Source of the DNA: an uncultured SAR86 cluster bacterium
Lineage (GTDB): Bacteria > Pseudomonadota > Gammaproteobacteria > Magnimaribacterales > D2472
Assembly (NCBI GenBank): GCA_902541245.1
Contig: CACBPT010000003.1
Coordinates: 2,762-66,761 of the forward strand
Direction of reading: 5' to 3'
DNA: 64,000 nt
The first letter of the stretch is position 1; each line of letters starts with the position of its first letter. Both the position numbers and the translations under genes were made by a program. Below, piece after piece: positions 17,238 through 26,949 of this stretch. The notes under the pieces are model-generated. The model was not told where the DNA came from, did no database searches, and was given only the letters and a program-made list of their open reading frames with translations.

Positions 17238-17975
17238 TTAGTTTAAATATGAGCTCAGTTTTGTATAAACTTTTTTAAAAAAATTTTGAATAATTATAGG
17301 AACTAGAGGCATATAGCTTCCATGTTGCAATCTATCAAAAAATTTTTCAGGAGAAATCCAGTCATCTAAATAAGCCAAATCGACGTCATTTTTCCATAAG
17401 CAATACACCAAACTTAATTGATCTCGAGGAATTTTATTCATGACGATATTCAACCATTCACTCATAGCATTATTTAATTTTGGATCATCATGCTTTCTCA
17501 GCAAAATATATCCAGCAACTAATTCAAGATTGGTGTCAAAACCCTCCTCTTTTATAGAATCTAAGAAAAACTTTCCTTCCTTTATCTCTGTGTCATTAAG
17601 TTTCTTTTGATTTATACATGCATCAAATTCTTCTTTAAGGTATCTTCTATTCGGATGCTTAAAAGCTGCAATTGATTTTTTAGTTGCCTCAAAGGACTTT
17701 AATAGATAGCCAGGATGACTTTTGAGTTTAATATTTCCATCAATATAAAGCGAATAATCATATTCTTCAAAAAATTTGAAAGGAAGTATCTTATAAAATC
17801 TATTTAATAAATTTGGCTTCTCAAAATTACTTTCTTCAATGGAGCGAACTTCCCAATTTTTATGCATTCCGGGTGAAATGGCATCAGAAAAGCAAATATA
17901 TTTTACATTTGAGAATTTTGGCTGATGAATCAAAGTATCATAAGATCCAGTTATACAAGTATAAACAACTATCAT
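17238..17975 (-). CDS. DUF616-type putative glycosyltransferase
   Basis: 245 aa. The N-terminal MIVVYTCITGSYDTL matches the ...Y(T/S).I.G.YD.L start I recall for DUF616 proteins. It starts 1 nt before the downstream GT. Confidence 0.55.
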   Translation of the reverse strand: MIVVYTCITGSYDTLIHQPKFSNVKYICFSDAISPGMHKNWEVRSIEESNFEKPNLLNRFYKILPFKFFEEYDYSLYIDGNIKLKSHPGYLLKSFEATKKSIAAFKHPNRRYLKEEFDACINQKKLNDTEIKEGKFFLDSIKEEGFDTNLELVAGYILLRKHDDPKLNNAMSEWLNIVMNKIPRDQLSLVYCLWKNDVDLAYLDDWISPEKFFDRLQHGSYMPLVPIIIQNFFKKVYTKLSSYLN

Positions 17976-18047
17976 ATTTGCTTATTATAAATCTAATAAC
18001 AAATTAATTTTCAATCGAAAGCATAAATTATTTTTTAGCCGTTAGAC

Positions 18048-18659
18048 TTAAATTTTCTTAGCAGTTACGTGAAGTTCATAACAACTAATAAAGTTTACAA
18101 AGGATTCTTCATAAATCTCTTGAAGGATGGGATGAAAATTAATGATCATTCCAAAAAATTTTCTTATCATATGCGAAATATAGTGAGGTCTATATGATCT
18201 AAATATTAAATTTACACTTTCTAACTTAATGCCCTCTATACGCTCATAAGATGGAACTTTTCTGGAAAAGATTTGATCATCAAAAAAATATGAAAATGTA
18301 TATAAACCAAAGAATTTTGTATGAGTTGGATCGCTATAAAAGAAAGAATTTGAAAAATGTGGGACCTTTATTTCAATCACACCATCAACCAATAAAACTC
18401 TCTTAAGCTCCTCAAGAACTATAGGGATATCTTCTAAATGCTCAAAAAGATGTGAGGAGTAAAATTTCTGAACTGAGCTCGAGGGGAACTGTTTTAAAAC
18501 TTCCATTAAATCGCCGACTATATCAACCGATGGATAATCTATGAGATCAATGCTAATACTATTTTCATAGTGTTTAGCTGGACCGCATCCTAACTCAACG
18601 ATAATATTTTTAAATGAATCTAATCTCTCAAGAGTATTATTTTTGTCTACAAAGCTCAT
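18048..18659 (-). CDS. Class I SAM-dependent methyltransferase
   Basis: It has the VELGCGPAK glycine-rich SAM motif. The track ORF begins at a GTG (18710) that would overlap the upstream gene by 41 nt. I prefer the ATG at 18657-18659 (MSFVDKNN), 10 nt past the upstream stop. Confidence 0.7.
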   Translation of the reverse strand: MSFVDKNNTLERLDSFKNIIVELGCGPAKHYENSISIDLIDYPSVDIVGDLMEVLKQFPSSSVQKFYSSHLFEHLEDIPIVLEELKRVLLVDGVIEIKVPHFSNSFFYSDPTHTKFFGLYTFSYFFDDQIFSRKVPSYERIEGIKLESVNLIFRSYRPHYISHMIRKFFGMIINFHPILQEIYEESFVNFISCYELHVTAKKI

Positions 18660-18669
18660 GTAACTATTT

Positions 18670-19617
18670 TTAGGGAATCTTTGATAACTGTGAGCAATAT
18701 CCTTGCCCACATACTTTGTTAAGATCTATTTTAAGACTATAAATCTCAGATATTTTGCTAACTAGGCGTTTCCACTCTTTCTTTGAAACTGGATCGTCAT
18801 GATTTGGCATCCAGCCGTCAAAAGTGTCCATTACTGACCATTCTTTTGCATGCTCAATAGAGATCTTATTATCTAAAAATAAATTAATTCCATAAACAGA
18901 ATTTGGAGACCTATTAATTAGATAGCGGAGATATTTTAAAAAATTAGTTTTATTATGAAGTAAGGTTAAAATTTTTAACTGAATGGGGAACACCAAGTCT
19001 ACAAACTTTTGAACAAAATTCATTTGAGATTCATAATTTTTTATTCTTGAAAAAAATGGTCTTATCATATAGACCCAAGGATTATAGTGCCGAATACTAT
19101 TTGAATAAATATCCACCAACAAAATACCGTTACCATTAAGATATTCACATAGGGTGTTAAGACAATCTTCGTTTCTTCCAGTATGTTGAATTACTCCATA
19201 GCATAAGACGATATCAAATGAATATTTTTTCAATGGCATGTCAAATACATCCGCCTGAATACAAATTAAATTATTAATGTTTGTATCTTGAAAGTGGTTC
19301 TCATAATTAGCATGGATTGCGGAAGAATAATCAACCGCAATTACATTTGCTTTGTATTTAAGGAGTATTTCAGTAAATCTTCCACAGCCAGCGCCCACCT
19401 CTAGAACATTTTTATTTTTTAAATCTTCAGGCTTAAGATAATTTTGAGTAAAAAATCTTTCTTCTGATTCATTTGAACCATTATATGAATCAAGCTGAAG
19501 CTTATTAAATTTATTCCATTGAAAACCAAAATTTTCATGATAGTCATCTTTGCAATGGTTAATTACAGATCTACTATCAGGCATTTTAACTGTCAAGATA
19601 TCCTGCAAAGCTGTCAT
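18670..19617 (-). CDS. Class I SAM-dependent methyltransferase
   Basis: 315 aa with the VLEVGAGCGRFTE SAM motif and an N-terminal FGFQWNKF segment. The start is ATG. Confidence 0.75.
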   Translation of the reverse strand: MTALQDILTVKMPDSRSVINHCKDDYHENFGFQWNKFNKLQLDSYNGSNESEERFFTQNYLKPEDLKNKNVLEVGAGCGRFTEILLKYKANVIAVDYSSAIHANYENHFQDTNINNLICIQADVFDMPLKKYSFDIVLCYGVIQHTGRNEDCLNTLCEYLNGNGILLVDIYSNSIRHYNPWVYMIRPFFSRIKNYESQMNFVQKFVDLVFPIQLKILTLLHNKTNFLKYLRYLINRSPNSVYGINLFLDNKISIEHAKEWSVMDTFDGWMPNHDDPVSKKEWKRLVSKISEIYSLKIDLNKVCGQGYCSQLSKIP

Positions 19618-19623
19618 GATAAA

Positions 19624-20565
19624 TTAGCTTGACTTTGAATCAGGAGAGGACTCGGAGCGATTTAGCTCCCAAAATAAAGCAATCATGCTAAAGAAAACTA
19701 ATGCGCCTAATGAATACCACATGAGCATCAATGCTCTTGAGGGTGAGTGCTTTTTTTCCTCAACAAAAGGAGATTCAATTGGTTTAAGTGCAAAATTTTT
19801 ACTCACATCAGCAAGCATTTTCTTTTCAAGCTGCTTTTGTATTAAAGATGATATTGAATTTCTGAGTTCAATTAAAAATGTTCCTGTAAGCTGAGATTCA
19901 AGAAAATCTAAAGCAGCATTTGCCTCTATAGATGATTTTTTTCTTAAGCTAAGATTAACCTCATCAACTATTAAATTTAGAAAATAATTAGCAAACTCAG
20001 GGGATATATGATCAAAAGAAATATAGATAAAATTATCTCCTTGATCTTGAAATACAGATAAAAGTTTTCTGTAGACTATGTAAGCTTGATGTACAGATGG
20101 AACTTCATTATTCCATTGTTTATTTTTAATTGAAAAAACACTTTCATCAAAGTCAATTTTTTTAGTTTCTTGATTATAGCTCTCTGCTGCGAGTAATGCG
20201 GGCAAGACATCATCAAATTTAATAAGATGCTCTAAAAATGTTTTAGATCTAATTGTTTCAACAATAATATCGCCTTTATTAGTTTTCCCTCCACCCAAAC
20301 TTACTCCAACCGCACCCGCTATAGAACTGAGCCCAGATTTTTGAACATGAGATGATGTCTCACCAGTACCAGCAACTTCATAAATGCCTGAAGACCTATA
20401 TACATTTGGTAAAGAGAACGCATAAATGAGTGTAATAGCCATAACTAAAACTAAACCTATTACAATGTTCGTTCTTTGGCGCAAAACTAACTCTAAAGCA
20501 TATGAAATGGTAATTTCATTCTCTTGGTAACCAGTTATTATTTTATTATTGCCAGAATCAGACAT
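19624..20565 (-). CDS. Wzz-like polysaccharide chain-length determinant (PCP-1 type, no kinase domain)
   Basis: 313 aa. An N-terminal Wzz-type segment (I.LVLVMAITLIYAFSLPNVYRS after a short cytoplasmic tail) and a second TM helix near the C-terminus give the two-TM periplasmic-loop topology. Confidence 0.7.
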   Translation of the reverse strand: MSDSGNNKIITGYQENEITISYALELVLRQRTNIVIGLVLVMAITLIYAFSLPNVYRSSGIYEVAGTGETSSHVQKSGLSSIAGAVGVSLGGGKTNKGDIIVETIRSKTFLEHLIKFDDVLPALLAAESYNQETKKIDFDESVFSIKNKQWNNEVPSVHQAYIVYRKLLSVFQDQGDNFIYISFDHISPEFANYFLNLIVDEVNLSLRKKSSIEANAALDFLESQLTGTFLIELRNSISSLIQKQLEKKMLADVSKNFALKPIESPFVEEKKHSPSRALMLMWYSLGALVFFSMIALFWELNRSESSPDSKSS

Positions 20566-20640
20566 ACTTAAGTTTTTATTAAATAAATATTTTACACTAA
20601 ATTCAAGAAACTATATCTAGATCAAAAGAACAAATTTTAT

Positions 20641-21552
20641 TCATGACTTGTTGCTTAATAGCATGCTTAGCTCTTTAGTTCTAATCTCTCTTCCCAAAAT
20701 ACTAGGATGATGAGATGCATCACAAATATATTCCATTTGACTTATTGAGGGCGATAAAAATAATTGAAATCCAGCATTTTGTATTAACAAATTAAGTTTA
20801 TCCAAAGTTTCTTTGTCGATACTTATCTCGTTAAAAACTGCAGGGATAACAAAAAATACTTTTGCGTTTGGAAAATTAGACTTTATGAAATCATTATAGG
20901 CATTGAATTCAACTTCAAATTCCTTTTGTATTTGAAGTTTATGTTTGTATCCGGAAATATGATCTTGTAAATTCTCATCAATCAATAATGGATCTGAAGC
21001 TGGACATCTAAAACTTTCTTCCAGAAAATCACCAGTATTTTGATCATGGAGAAACTTATGTGGATTAGATAAAAAAGTGTTTTTTAAATGCTGGCCTAAT
21101 GAAAGATTTAGACCATGCTTTATAGAATTTAATTTACCAGAAATATCCCTAGTAAAATCATCATATGGAGGAAGATCTAAGGGATGAATGGTAGACCATA
21201 TAATATAATCAATATTTATTTTCTGCTCTGTTGAAAGCACTGAATTAATATATTCAAAATAATTTAAATAATTAAACCCATTACTGGGTAATGAAAAATT
21301 ATAAAAATCTTGATCTGTGTCTATTGATAATTGCTCAGCTGATATCCCCCACATTGCATTTGAACCGCCAAAAATTAGGCCATTAATTATTTTATTTGAA
21401 GAGGCGAATCTTTCTTTTGATTTAATAATTCTATCTCTTATGCCGTGATCATCATAGAAATAACTATCTAAAGTCAATAAACATAGATATGCAATAAACA
21501 AGAATAAGAAGTTTTTAATGTTGAAAAAGTTACCTTTGGCCATAAGCTGCAT
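20641..21552 (-). CDS. DltD/AlgJ-like SGNH-type partner of the MBOAT protein (putative extracytoplasmic acyltransferase)
   Basis: 303 aa with one N-terminal TM anchor, a GGSNAMWG block (compare the GSSE / GDS block I) and a C-terminal DASHH (DxxH block V-like). Its start overlaps the end of the MBOAT gene by 14 or 23 nt. Confidence 0.45.
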   Translation of the reverse strand: MQLMAKGNFFNIKNFLFLFIAYLCLLTLDSYFYDDHGIRDRIIKSKERFASSNKIINGLIFGGSNAMWGISAEQLSIDTDQDFYNFSLPSNGFNYLNYFEYINSVLSTEQKINIDYIIWSTIHPLDLPPYDDFTRDISGKLNSIKHGLNLSLGQHLKNTFLSNPHKFLHDQNTGDFLEESFRCPASDPLLIDENLQDHISGYKHKLQIQKEFEVEFNAYNDFIKSNFPNAKVFFVIPAVFNEISIDKETLDKLNLLIQNAGFQLFLSPSISQMEYICDASHHPSILGREIRTKELSMLLSNKS

Positions 21553-22813
21553 AATCTATTCCAGTAGATGAACCTATCAGAAATATAAAAATTATTACCA
21601 TAACAAATTGGGGATATCTTAATCTAAAGAACTTATAATTCCTTTTTTTGAAATATCTTGTATCTTGAAAAAAGAATTCAGACATCACGATAGCTATTGC
21701 AAATGCCAAGGCAATAAATGAAGATAAGGGTGTAATACTTAGAAGCATATCTAATGTCTGCATTGGATCGCCTGTATTGGGAATAAATTTTTCAAATAGT
21801 CTTTTTGTATTTGAATCAGCAAATAAAACTCTTCCATAAATGATCGCAAAAAACATTAAAAATGTGGATGTTCTAATAAAATTAGATTTTAAAAGTTTTA
21901 TTGTGGAGATAAAACAAAGTGCATGAAATGCACCCCACATCAAAAAATTAACGGTCACACCATGCCATAAAGCAGAGCTAATATAGACTGCAAATAATGC
22001 AACTGGGGTAGAAAAATATTTTTTCGCAGGAAGGTAAAATAATACACGTAAAACTGAAGACAAGCTTCGATGCCAACCTCTCCAAAATTCAATAACATTC
22101 TTAGAAGAAAATGGTTGTTTAAAGTTCAACGGTATTTTCACTCCAAATATTCCAAAAATAGAATATATAATTAGAGATAATCCACAAAAATTAAAATAAA
22201 TAAATAATTCAAAAATTATTCCAAATATAAAAACTTCAATAGAAGAGGTTATATCAAGCATCCAGAAAAAGTTCGTTAACGGCACGCCCACTATTTTGAA
22301 AAAGAATAAACCTAACACGAAGAATGGAAGAAAATAGTTCAGCCTATTTACAAAAGCTTGATGAGTGAGTGATGAAAATATAACGGCAATTGGTCCTGTT
22401 AATAATAGTAATGGATTTGCAGCAATGTAGGCAGAGTAAAAGTTAATCTTCTTATTTATGATCTGAAATGCAAAATATGCTGTGTAAAAAGAAAGTCCGT
22501 ATATGTATGGATTAGTAGAAGTAGCATGAGAGCCAGTAAGAACTGAAGTTAAACCAAAGAAAGAGGCTATAGAAATACTAAAGAATAAGAAATACGCAAA
22601 AGCACTTTTCATTAACTGATGATTCTCTAAAGCTTTATATAGGCCAAGTATTAAAATAGACGCGAGTAAAGGAGATACGATTTTTATAAAAATTTCTAGA
22701 GTGCTGCTAGAGAAATTGTGATTTGGATCAGTTGATATTGACTGAAGAACTCCATATCCAAAGAAAAGGAAGCCAAACAGAAAAAGGGTAAGTTGAGATT
22801 TTTTTTTAATCAT
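21530..22813 (-). CDS. MBOAT-family membrane-bound O-acyltransferase (AlgI/DltB-like)
   Basis: 427 aa, polytopic, with FWRGWHRSLSSVLRVLFYLP and SSALWHGV, the MBOAT signature including the conserved His. Confidence 0.8.
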   Translation of the reverse strand: MIKKKSQLTLFLFGFLFFGYGVLQSISTDPNHNFSSSTLEIFIKIVSPLLASILILGLYKALENHQLMKSAFAYFLFFSISIASFFGLTSVLTGSHATSTNPYIYGLSFYTAYFAFQIINKKINFYSAYIAANPLLLLTGPIAVIFSSLTHQAFVNRLNYFLPFFVLGLFFFKIVGVPLTNFFWMLDITSSIEVFIFGIIFELFIYFNFCGLSLIIYSIFGIFGVKIPLNFKQPFSSKNVIEFWRGWHRSLSSVLRVLFYLPAKKYFSTPVALFAVYISSALWHGVTVNFLMWGAFHALCFISTIKLLKSNFIRTSTFLMFFAIIYGRVLFADSNTKRLFEKFIPNTGDPMQTLDMLLSITPLSSFIALAFAIAIVMSEFFFQDTRYFKKRNYKFFRLRYPQFVMVIIFIFLIGSSTGIDYAAYGQR

Positions 22814-22866
22814 GAAAAAAAAATTAATTTAGGCTGATTTCAAATTTCCTGATTCAATTTAACATA

Positions 22867-24627
22867 TTATGTTGACAATGATTCCATAATGTCTGAATTT
22901 TCTGAAGCATCTTTAAAGGTTCCAAAGAAATCGACTTCGCCATTATTTAGAATTAGAACTTTGTCAGTAATTTCTAGTAGTGCTAAATCATGACTTATGA
23001 GTACTATTAAAGAATTTTGTTTATCTTGTGTAATTTTATTAATAAATAATTCTCTATTTTGATTATCCAGTGCGCTAGTTGGTTCATCATAAAAAATAAT
23101 CTCATGATCTTTATATGCTGCTCGAGCAATTCCAAGTCGTTGAATTTGACCAGAGCTAAAATTTAGATTGGTTATTCTTTTATTCTTTGAGTCATCTTTT
23201 AGGCTCTTCAGATTAACCTGATCTAAAATTAGAGAAATCTTATCTTGATCAAGAGCTGAGGAATCTGAAAAATGTATATTTGATTCAATAGAACTATTTA
23301 TTAAATGAATTTTTGGAGGTAAGTATGAGATTTTTTCGAACCATTTCTTATTCTCATAAATATCTAATTCTAAATCATTAACTAAGACCATTCCGTTATC
23401 AGGTTTTATTAGGCCCATCAAAATATCAACAAAGGTCGATTTCCCAGAACCAGAATATCCAGTGATACCTATAATTTCTCCACTTTTGAAATCAAGATTA
23501 AGATCTTTCATTTTAAAATCTGTTCCTGGGTATTGATATGAAACATTTTTTAAGGAAATCTTAGAAAGTCTTGGAAATTCGAACTCATCATCAAACCAAT
23601 TTTGGGTATGATGCTCTCTTAATAAAGAAGATAAGTTATTCAGAGAGTAAATATTTCCAGTGATTGTAGAAATGAAAGAATATATCTGTTGAATGGCGGG
23701 TAATAATTTAAATGCACTAAAAATAAATATCGAAATACTTGGAATGTTTGCAGAGAAATTATCACTGGGATTATAAAAAAATATACCCACTCCAATTGCT
23801 ACGCATACCAAAATTAGTGTCTCAACCACATACCTTGGAAGTAATGAGATATTCATATTCCTCCTTAATGCATTACCCCAATTATCACTAGCAACTTTAA
23901 AGCCATCTTGGAAAAGACTCTTATTACCCCAAATTCTAATTTGTTTCATAGCTTCAAAAGTATCGTTCAGAAACTTATACCTATTTTCGTGAGCCTCGGT
24001 CAAGATTTTACTGTTTGAATTAAGAGATCTCCTAAGAATCAAAAAAAGCATAAAGTAGATTGCAGTAAGCAATAAGAATAAAGTGACAGCCACTTTCCAA
24101 CTAACCAAAAACAAAAATGAAACCAAAACAATGCTTAGAAATATACTTTTGTTTATCATAAGGATAGGTAAAAATATATTTTGTGTAACTCTAACTGTTT
24201 CTTGGTAAATTTCATTAATCATTTGCGACTTTTCAATAGTTAAATGATCACTCCAACTAATATCGAGATATTTTTGGAAGACTTGAGTACTTAAATTGAT
24301 GCCGCTCGATGTTGCAATTTTTGATAAATAAATTACCGAGAGAAATGACGAAAGTCCTCCAATAATTATAAATGATAGTGTTAATATGCTGAATATGATT
24401 AAAAACTGTTCATAACTAGTAAGATTTAAGAGCGAGAAAAAATAAATGAAAATATCATTTTGCATTGCTTGATCAGCATCTGAGGTAAAGTAAATTAAAG
24501 GGCCAATTAATGAAATTCCTCCCACTTCAAAAAAACTAGAAAAAAGAAATAAGAATTGAAGTGTTATAAATCTTTTTTTGATGTCTTTTGAGGATAAAAA
24601 AAGGGTCAGATTGCTAAGTTTAAACAT
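22867..24627 (-). CDS. Fused TMD-NBD ABC exporter (MsbA/PglK-like half transporter)
   Basis: 586 aa with an N-terminal 6-TM-type domain, Walker A GYSGSGKST, signature FSSGQIQRLGIARA, Walker B IIFYDEPTSALD and an H-loop ISHD. Confidence 0.85.
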   Translation of the reverse strand: MFKLSNLTLFLSSKDIKKRFITLQFLFLFSSFFEVGGISLIGPLIYFTSDADQAMQNDIFIYFFSLLNLTSYEQFLIIFSILTLSFIIIGGLSSFLSVIYLSKIATSSGINLSTQVFQKYLDISWSDHLTIEKSQMINEIYQETVRVTQNIFLPILMINKSIFLSIVLVSFLFLVSWKVAVTLFLLLTAIYFMLFLILRRSLNSNSKILTEAHENRYKFLNDTFEAMKQIRIWGNKSLFQDGFKVASDNWGNALRRNMNISLLPRYVVETLILVCVAIGVGIFFYNPSDNFSANIPSISIFIFSAFKLLPAIQQIYSFISTITGNIYSLNNLSSLLREHHTQNWFDDEFEFPRLSKISLKNVSYQYPGTDFKMKDLNLDFKSGEIIGITGYSGSGKSTFVDILMGLIKPDNGMVLVNDLELDIYENKKWFEKISYLPPKIHLINSSIESNIHFSDSSALDQDKISLILDQVNLKSLKDDSKNKRITNLNFSSGQIQRLGIARAAYKDHEIIFYDEPTSALDNQNRELFINKITQDKQNSLIVLISHDLALLEITDKVLILNNGEVDFFGTFKDASENSDIMESLST

Positions 24628-25644
24628 TTATTTAATTGGTAGCTTGACCTGGTAAAACTCATTATACCAATCCAAAAATTTAATAACCCCCTTTTCAACT
24701 TCAATTTTGGGGTTATAGTCGTAACTATTTTTGAGTTTGGAAGTATCACTAAATGTTTGTGGGACATCGCCTGTTTGCAATGGCAGCATCTCTTTCTTTA
24801 TTGTAATTCCATAATATTTCTCAATAATGCCTATAAAATCCATTAGCTGAACTTGTTGTCCTCTACCTATATTTAAAATTCGCCATGGACATGAACTAGA
24901 CGACGGAGAAATGTTTTCATTGAGATCTTCTTTTGGAGGTGAGGCTAAGACTTTCTCGATACCAGCAACTATATCATCAATAAATGTAAAGTCTCTTGCA
25001 TGATTTCCAAAATTATTTACCTGAATAGATTTGCCCAGATGAGCGGCTTTAGTAAATTTAAAAAGAGCCATGTCTGGCCTCCCCCAAGGTCCATATACTG
25101 TAAAAAACCTTAGTCCAGTAGTTGGTAGATTATGCATATAAGAATATACATGCGCCATTAGCTCATTACTTTTTTTTGAAGCGGCATACAAACTCAATGG
25201 ATGATCAACGTTATGATCCTCTGAAAATGGAATTTTTGAGTTCATTCCATAAACAGAACTAGATGAAGCATATACCAAATGCTCAATATTTAACTCTTTA
25301 GAAACTTCTAATATATTCAAGAAACCCAAGATGTTTGATTCAATGTATGCATGAGGATTTTGAATGGAATACTGAACACCAGCTTGAGCTGCCAAATGCA
25401 CTATTGAATTTATACTGTTTTTAGCAACTAGCTCTTTTAAGTTATTTAGGTCTGATATATCAATTTGCTTAAATTTATATGAACTTGATTCTAATAAGAT
25501 TTTATTCCTACTTTTTTTTAATGAAATGTCATAATAATTATTCATATTATCAATACCAAGAACATTAAACCCTTTATTAAGTAGTGATTTAGATAAATGG
25601 AATCCAATAAATCCGGCAGATCCAGTTACTAAAATTGTCTTCAT
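24628..25644 (-). CDS. NAD-dependent nucleotide-sugar epimerase, UDP-glucuronate 4-epimerase-like
   Basis: 338 aa with VTGSAGFIGFH, YAASKKSNE (YxxxK) and the GIDNMNNYYD segment typical of UDP-GlcA/GalA epimerases. There is no gap to the ABC gene. Confidence 0.75.
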   Translation of the reverse strand: MKTILVTGSAGFIGFHLSKSLLNKGFNVLGIDNMNNYYDISLKKSRNKILLESSSYKFKQIDISDLNNLKELVAKNSINSIVHLAAQAGVQYSIQNPHAYIESNILGFLNILEVSKELNIEHLVYASSSSVYGMNSKIPFSEDHNVDHPLSLYAASKKSNELMAHVYSYMHNLPTTGLRFFTVYGPWGRPDMALFKFTKAAHLGKSIQVNNFGNHARDFTFIDDIVAGIEKVLASPPKEDLNENISPSSSSCPWRILNIGRGQQVQLMDFIGIIEKYYGITIKKEMLPLQTGDVPQTFSDTSKLKNSYDYNPKIEVEKGVIKFLDWYNEFYQVKLPIK

Positions 25645-26927
25645 AATTGCATGTCACTCTTTGACGAAGGAAATAAAGATTTCAAGTCGTACAAAGTTGA
25701 TTTTGTTTTTAAAATATTTTTAATTGATTTATATCCAATTTTTTTAAATTGAGCATGTGGAACTGCAATAATAATAAAATCATATTTTTTTCTAAATACT
25801 TGTTCAAAAGATTTAAATATACTTCTTCTTTCAGAAAAAATTTTTAAATTTTTATGAAAATATGGATCATATGCTGTAAGTGATTTTATCTTAGGTTGAA
25901 ATAGATCAAATAAGTCTTCAACTTTTGAGTTTCTAAAATCTGGACAATTCTCTTTAAAAGTAGCGCCTAATATCAGTCCATCAACCTTAGAGAGATCTTT
26001 ATCTAATTTTTTAAGAGAAATTTTTATATTTTTAAAGATCTGTTTAGGCATCATTTCATTTGTAGATCTTCCTGCAAGAATCATTTTAGGATCAAAGCCT
26101 TCTTGTTTTGCCTTAAAAGTTAAATAATATGGATCTACTCCTATACAATGGCCACCAACAAGGCCAGGTTTAAAATTTAAAAAATTCCACTTTGTATTGG
26201 CTGCTTGAAGCACTTCACTAAAATCTATGTCTAATTTTGTAAATAACATTGATAGCTCATTCATCAATGCAATATTGATATCTCGCTGTGTATTCTCTAT
26301 AACCTTGGCAGCTTCAGCAGCTTTAATAGACTTTACTGGAAAAGTACCAGCCTTAATTATAGATTTATATAAATTGTCTATAATTTTAAGAGCCTTCGGG
26401 TTTGAGGCACTTGTAATTTTAACTATATCTGTAAGTCGCCTATCAGGATCTCCTGGGTTAATTCTTTCAGGGCTGTAACCAACAAAAAAATCTTTATTAA
26501 TTAAGAGTGAAGACTCATTTTCTAAAATTGGAATGCAGATTTCTTCAGTTAAACCAGGATAAACTGTTGACTCAAAAATTACATGGTTCCCTTTACTTAA
26601 ATATTTTCCAATAAGTTTACATGCTGATTTCAGTGATCTTATATCAGGATCTTTAGTCTTACTTATTGGAGTAGGCACTGTTACTATGTAAAAGTCTTGA
26701 TCTTGAAGGCAATCTGGAATAGAAAAGATAATATTTTTTAACCTTACAAGATCTTTCTTTTTTACTTCTAAAGTTTGATCATTGAGACTTTTCAGATCAT
26801 CAATTCTCTTTGAGTTTGTATCAAAACCAATTGCTTTATAGTTCTTAGCAAATTCACTAAGAAGCGGAAGCCCAACATAACCCAGTCCAATAATTGCAAT
26901 TTTTATTTTTTTATTTACTGACATCAT
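25641..26927 (-). CDS. UDP-N-acetyl-hexosamine 6-dehydrogenase (TviB/WbpO/CapL-like nucleotide-sugar dehydrogenase)
   Basis: 428 aa with IAIIGLGYVGLPL and the catalytic-Cys motif VGGHCIGVDPYYL that I associate with the TviB/WbpO subgroup. Confidence 0.75.
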   Translation of the reverse strand: MMSVNKKIKIAIIGLGYVGLPLLSEFAKNYKAIGFDTNSKRIDDLKSLNDQTLEVKKKDLVRLKNIIFSIPDCLQDQDFYIVTVPTPISKTKDPDIRSLKSACKLIGKYLSKGNHVIFESTVYPGLTEEICIPILENESSLLINKDFFVGYSPERINPGDPDRRLTDIVKITSASNPKALKIIDNLYKSIIKAGTFPVKSIKAAEAAKVIENTQRDINIALMNELSMLFTKLDIDFSEVLQAANTKWNFLNFKPGLVGGHCIGVDPYYLTFKAKQEGFDPKMILAGRSTNEMMPKQIFKNIKISLKKLDKDLSKVDGLILGATFKENCPDFRNSKVEDLFDLFQPKIKSLTAYDPYFHKNLKIFSERRSIFKSFEQVFRKKYDFIIIAVPHAQFKKIGYKSIKNILKTKSTLYDLKSLFPSSKSDMQL

Positions 26928-26949
26928 TAATGTTTATTCTAACTCTTTA

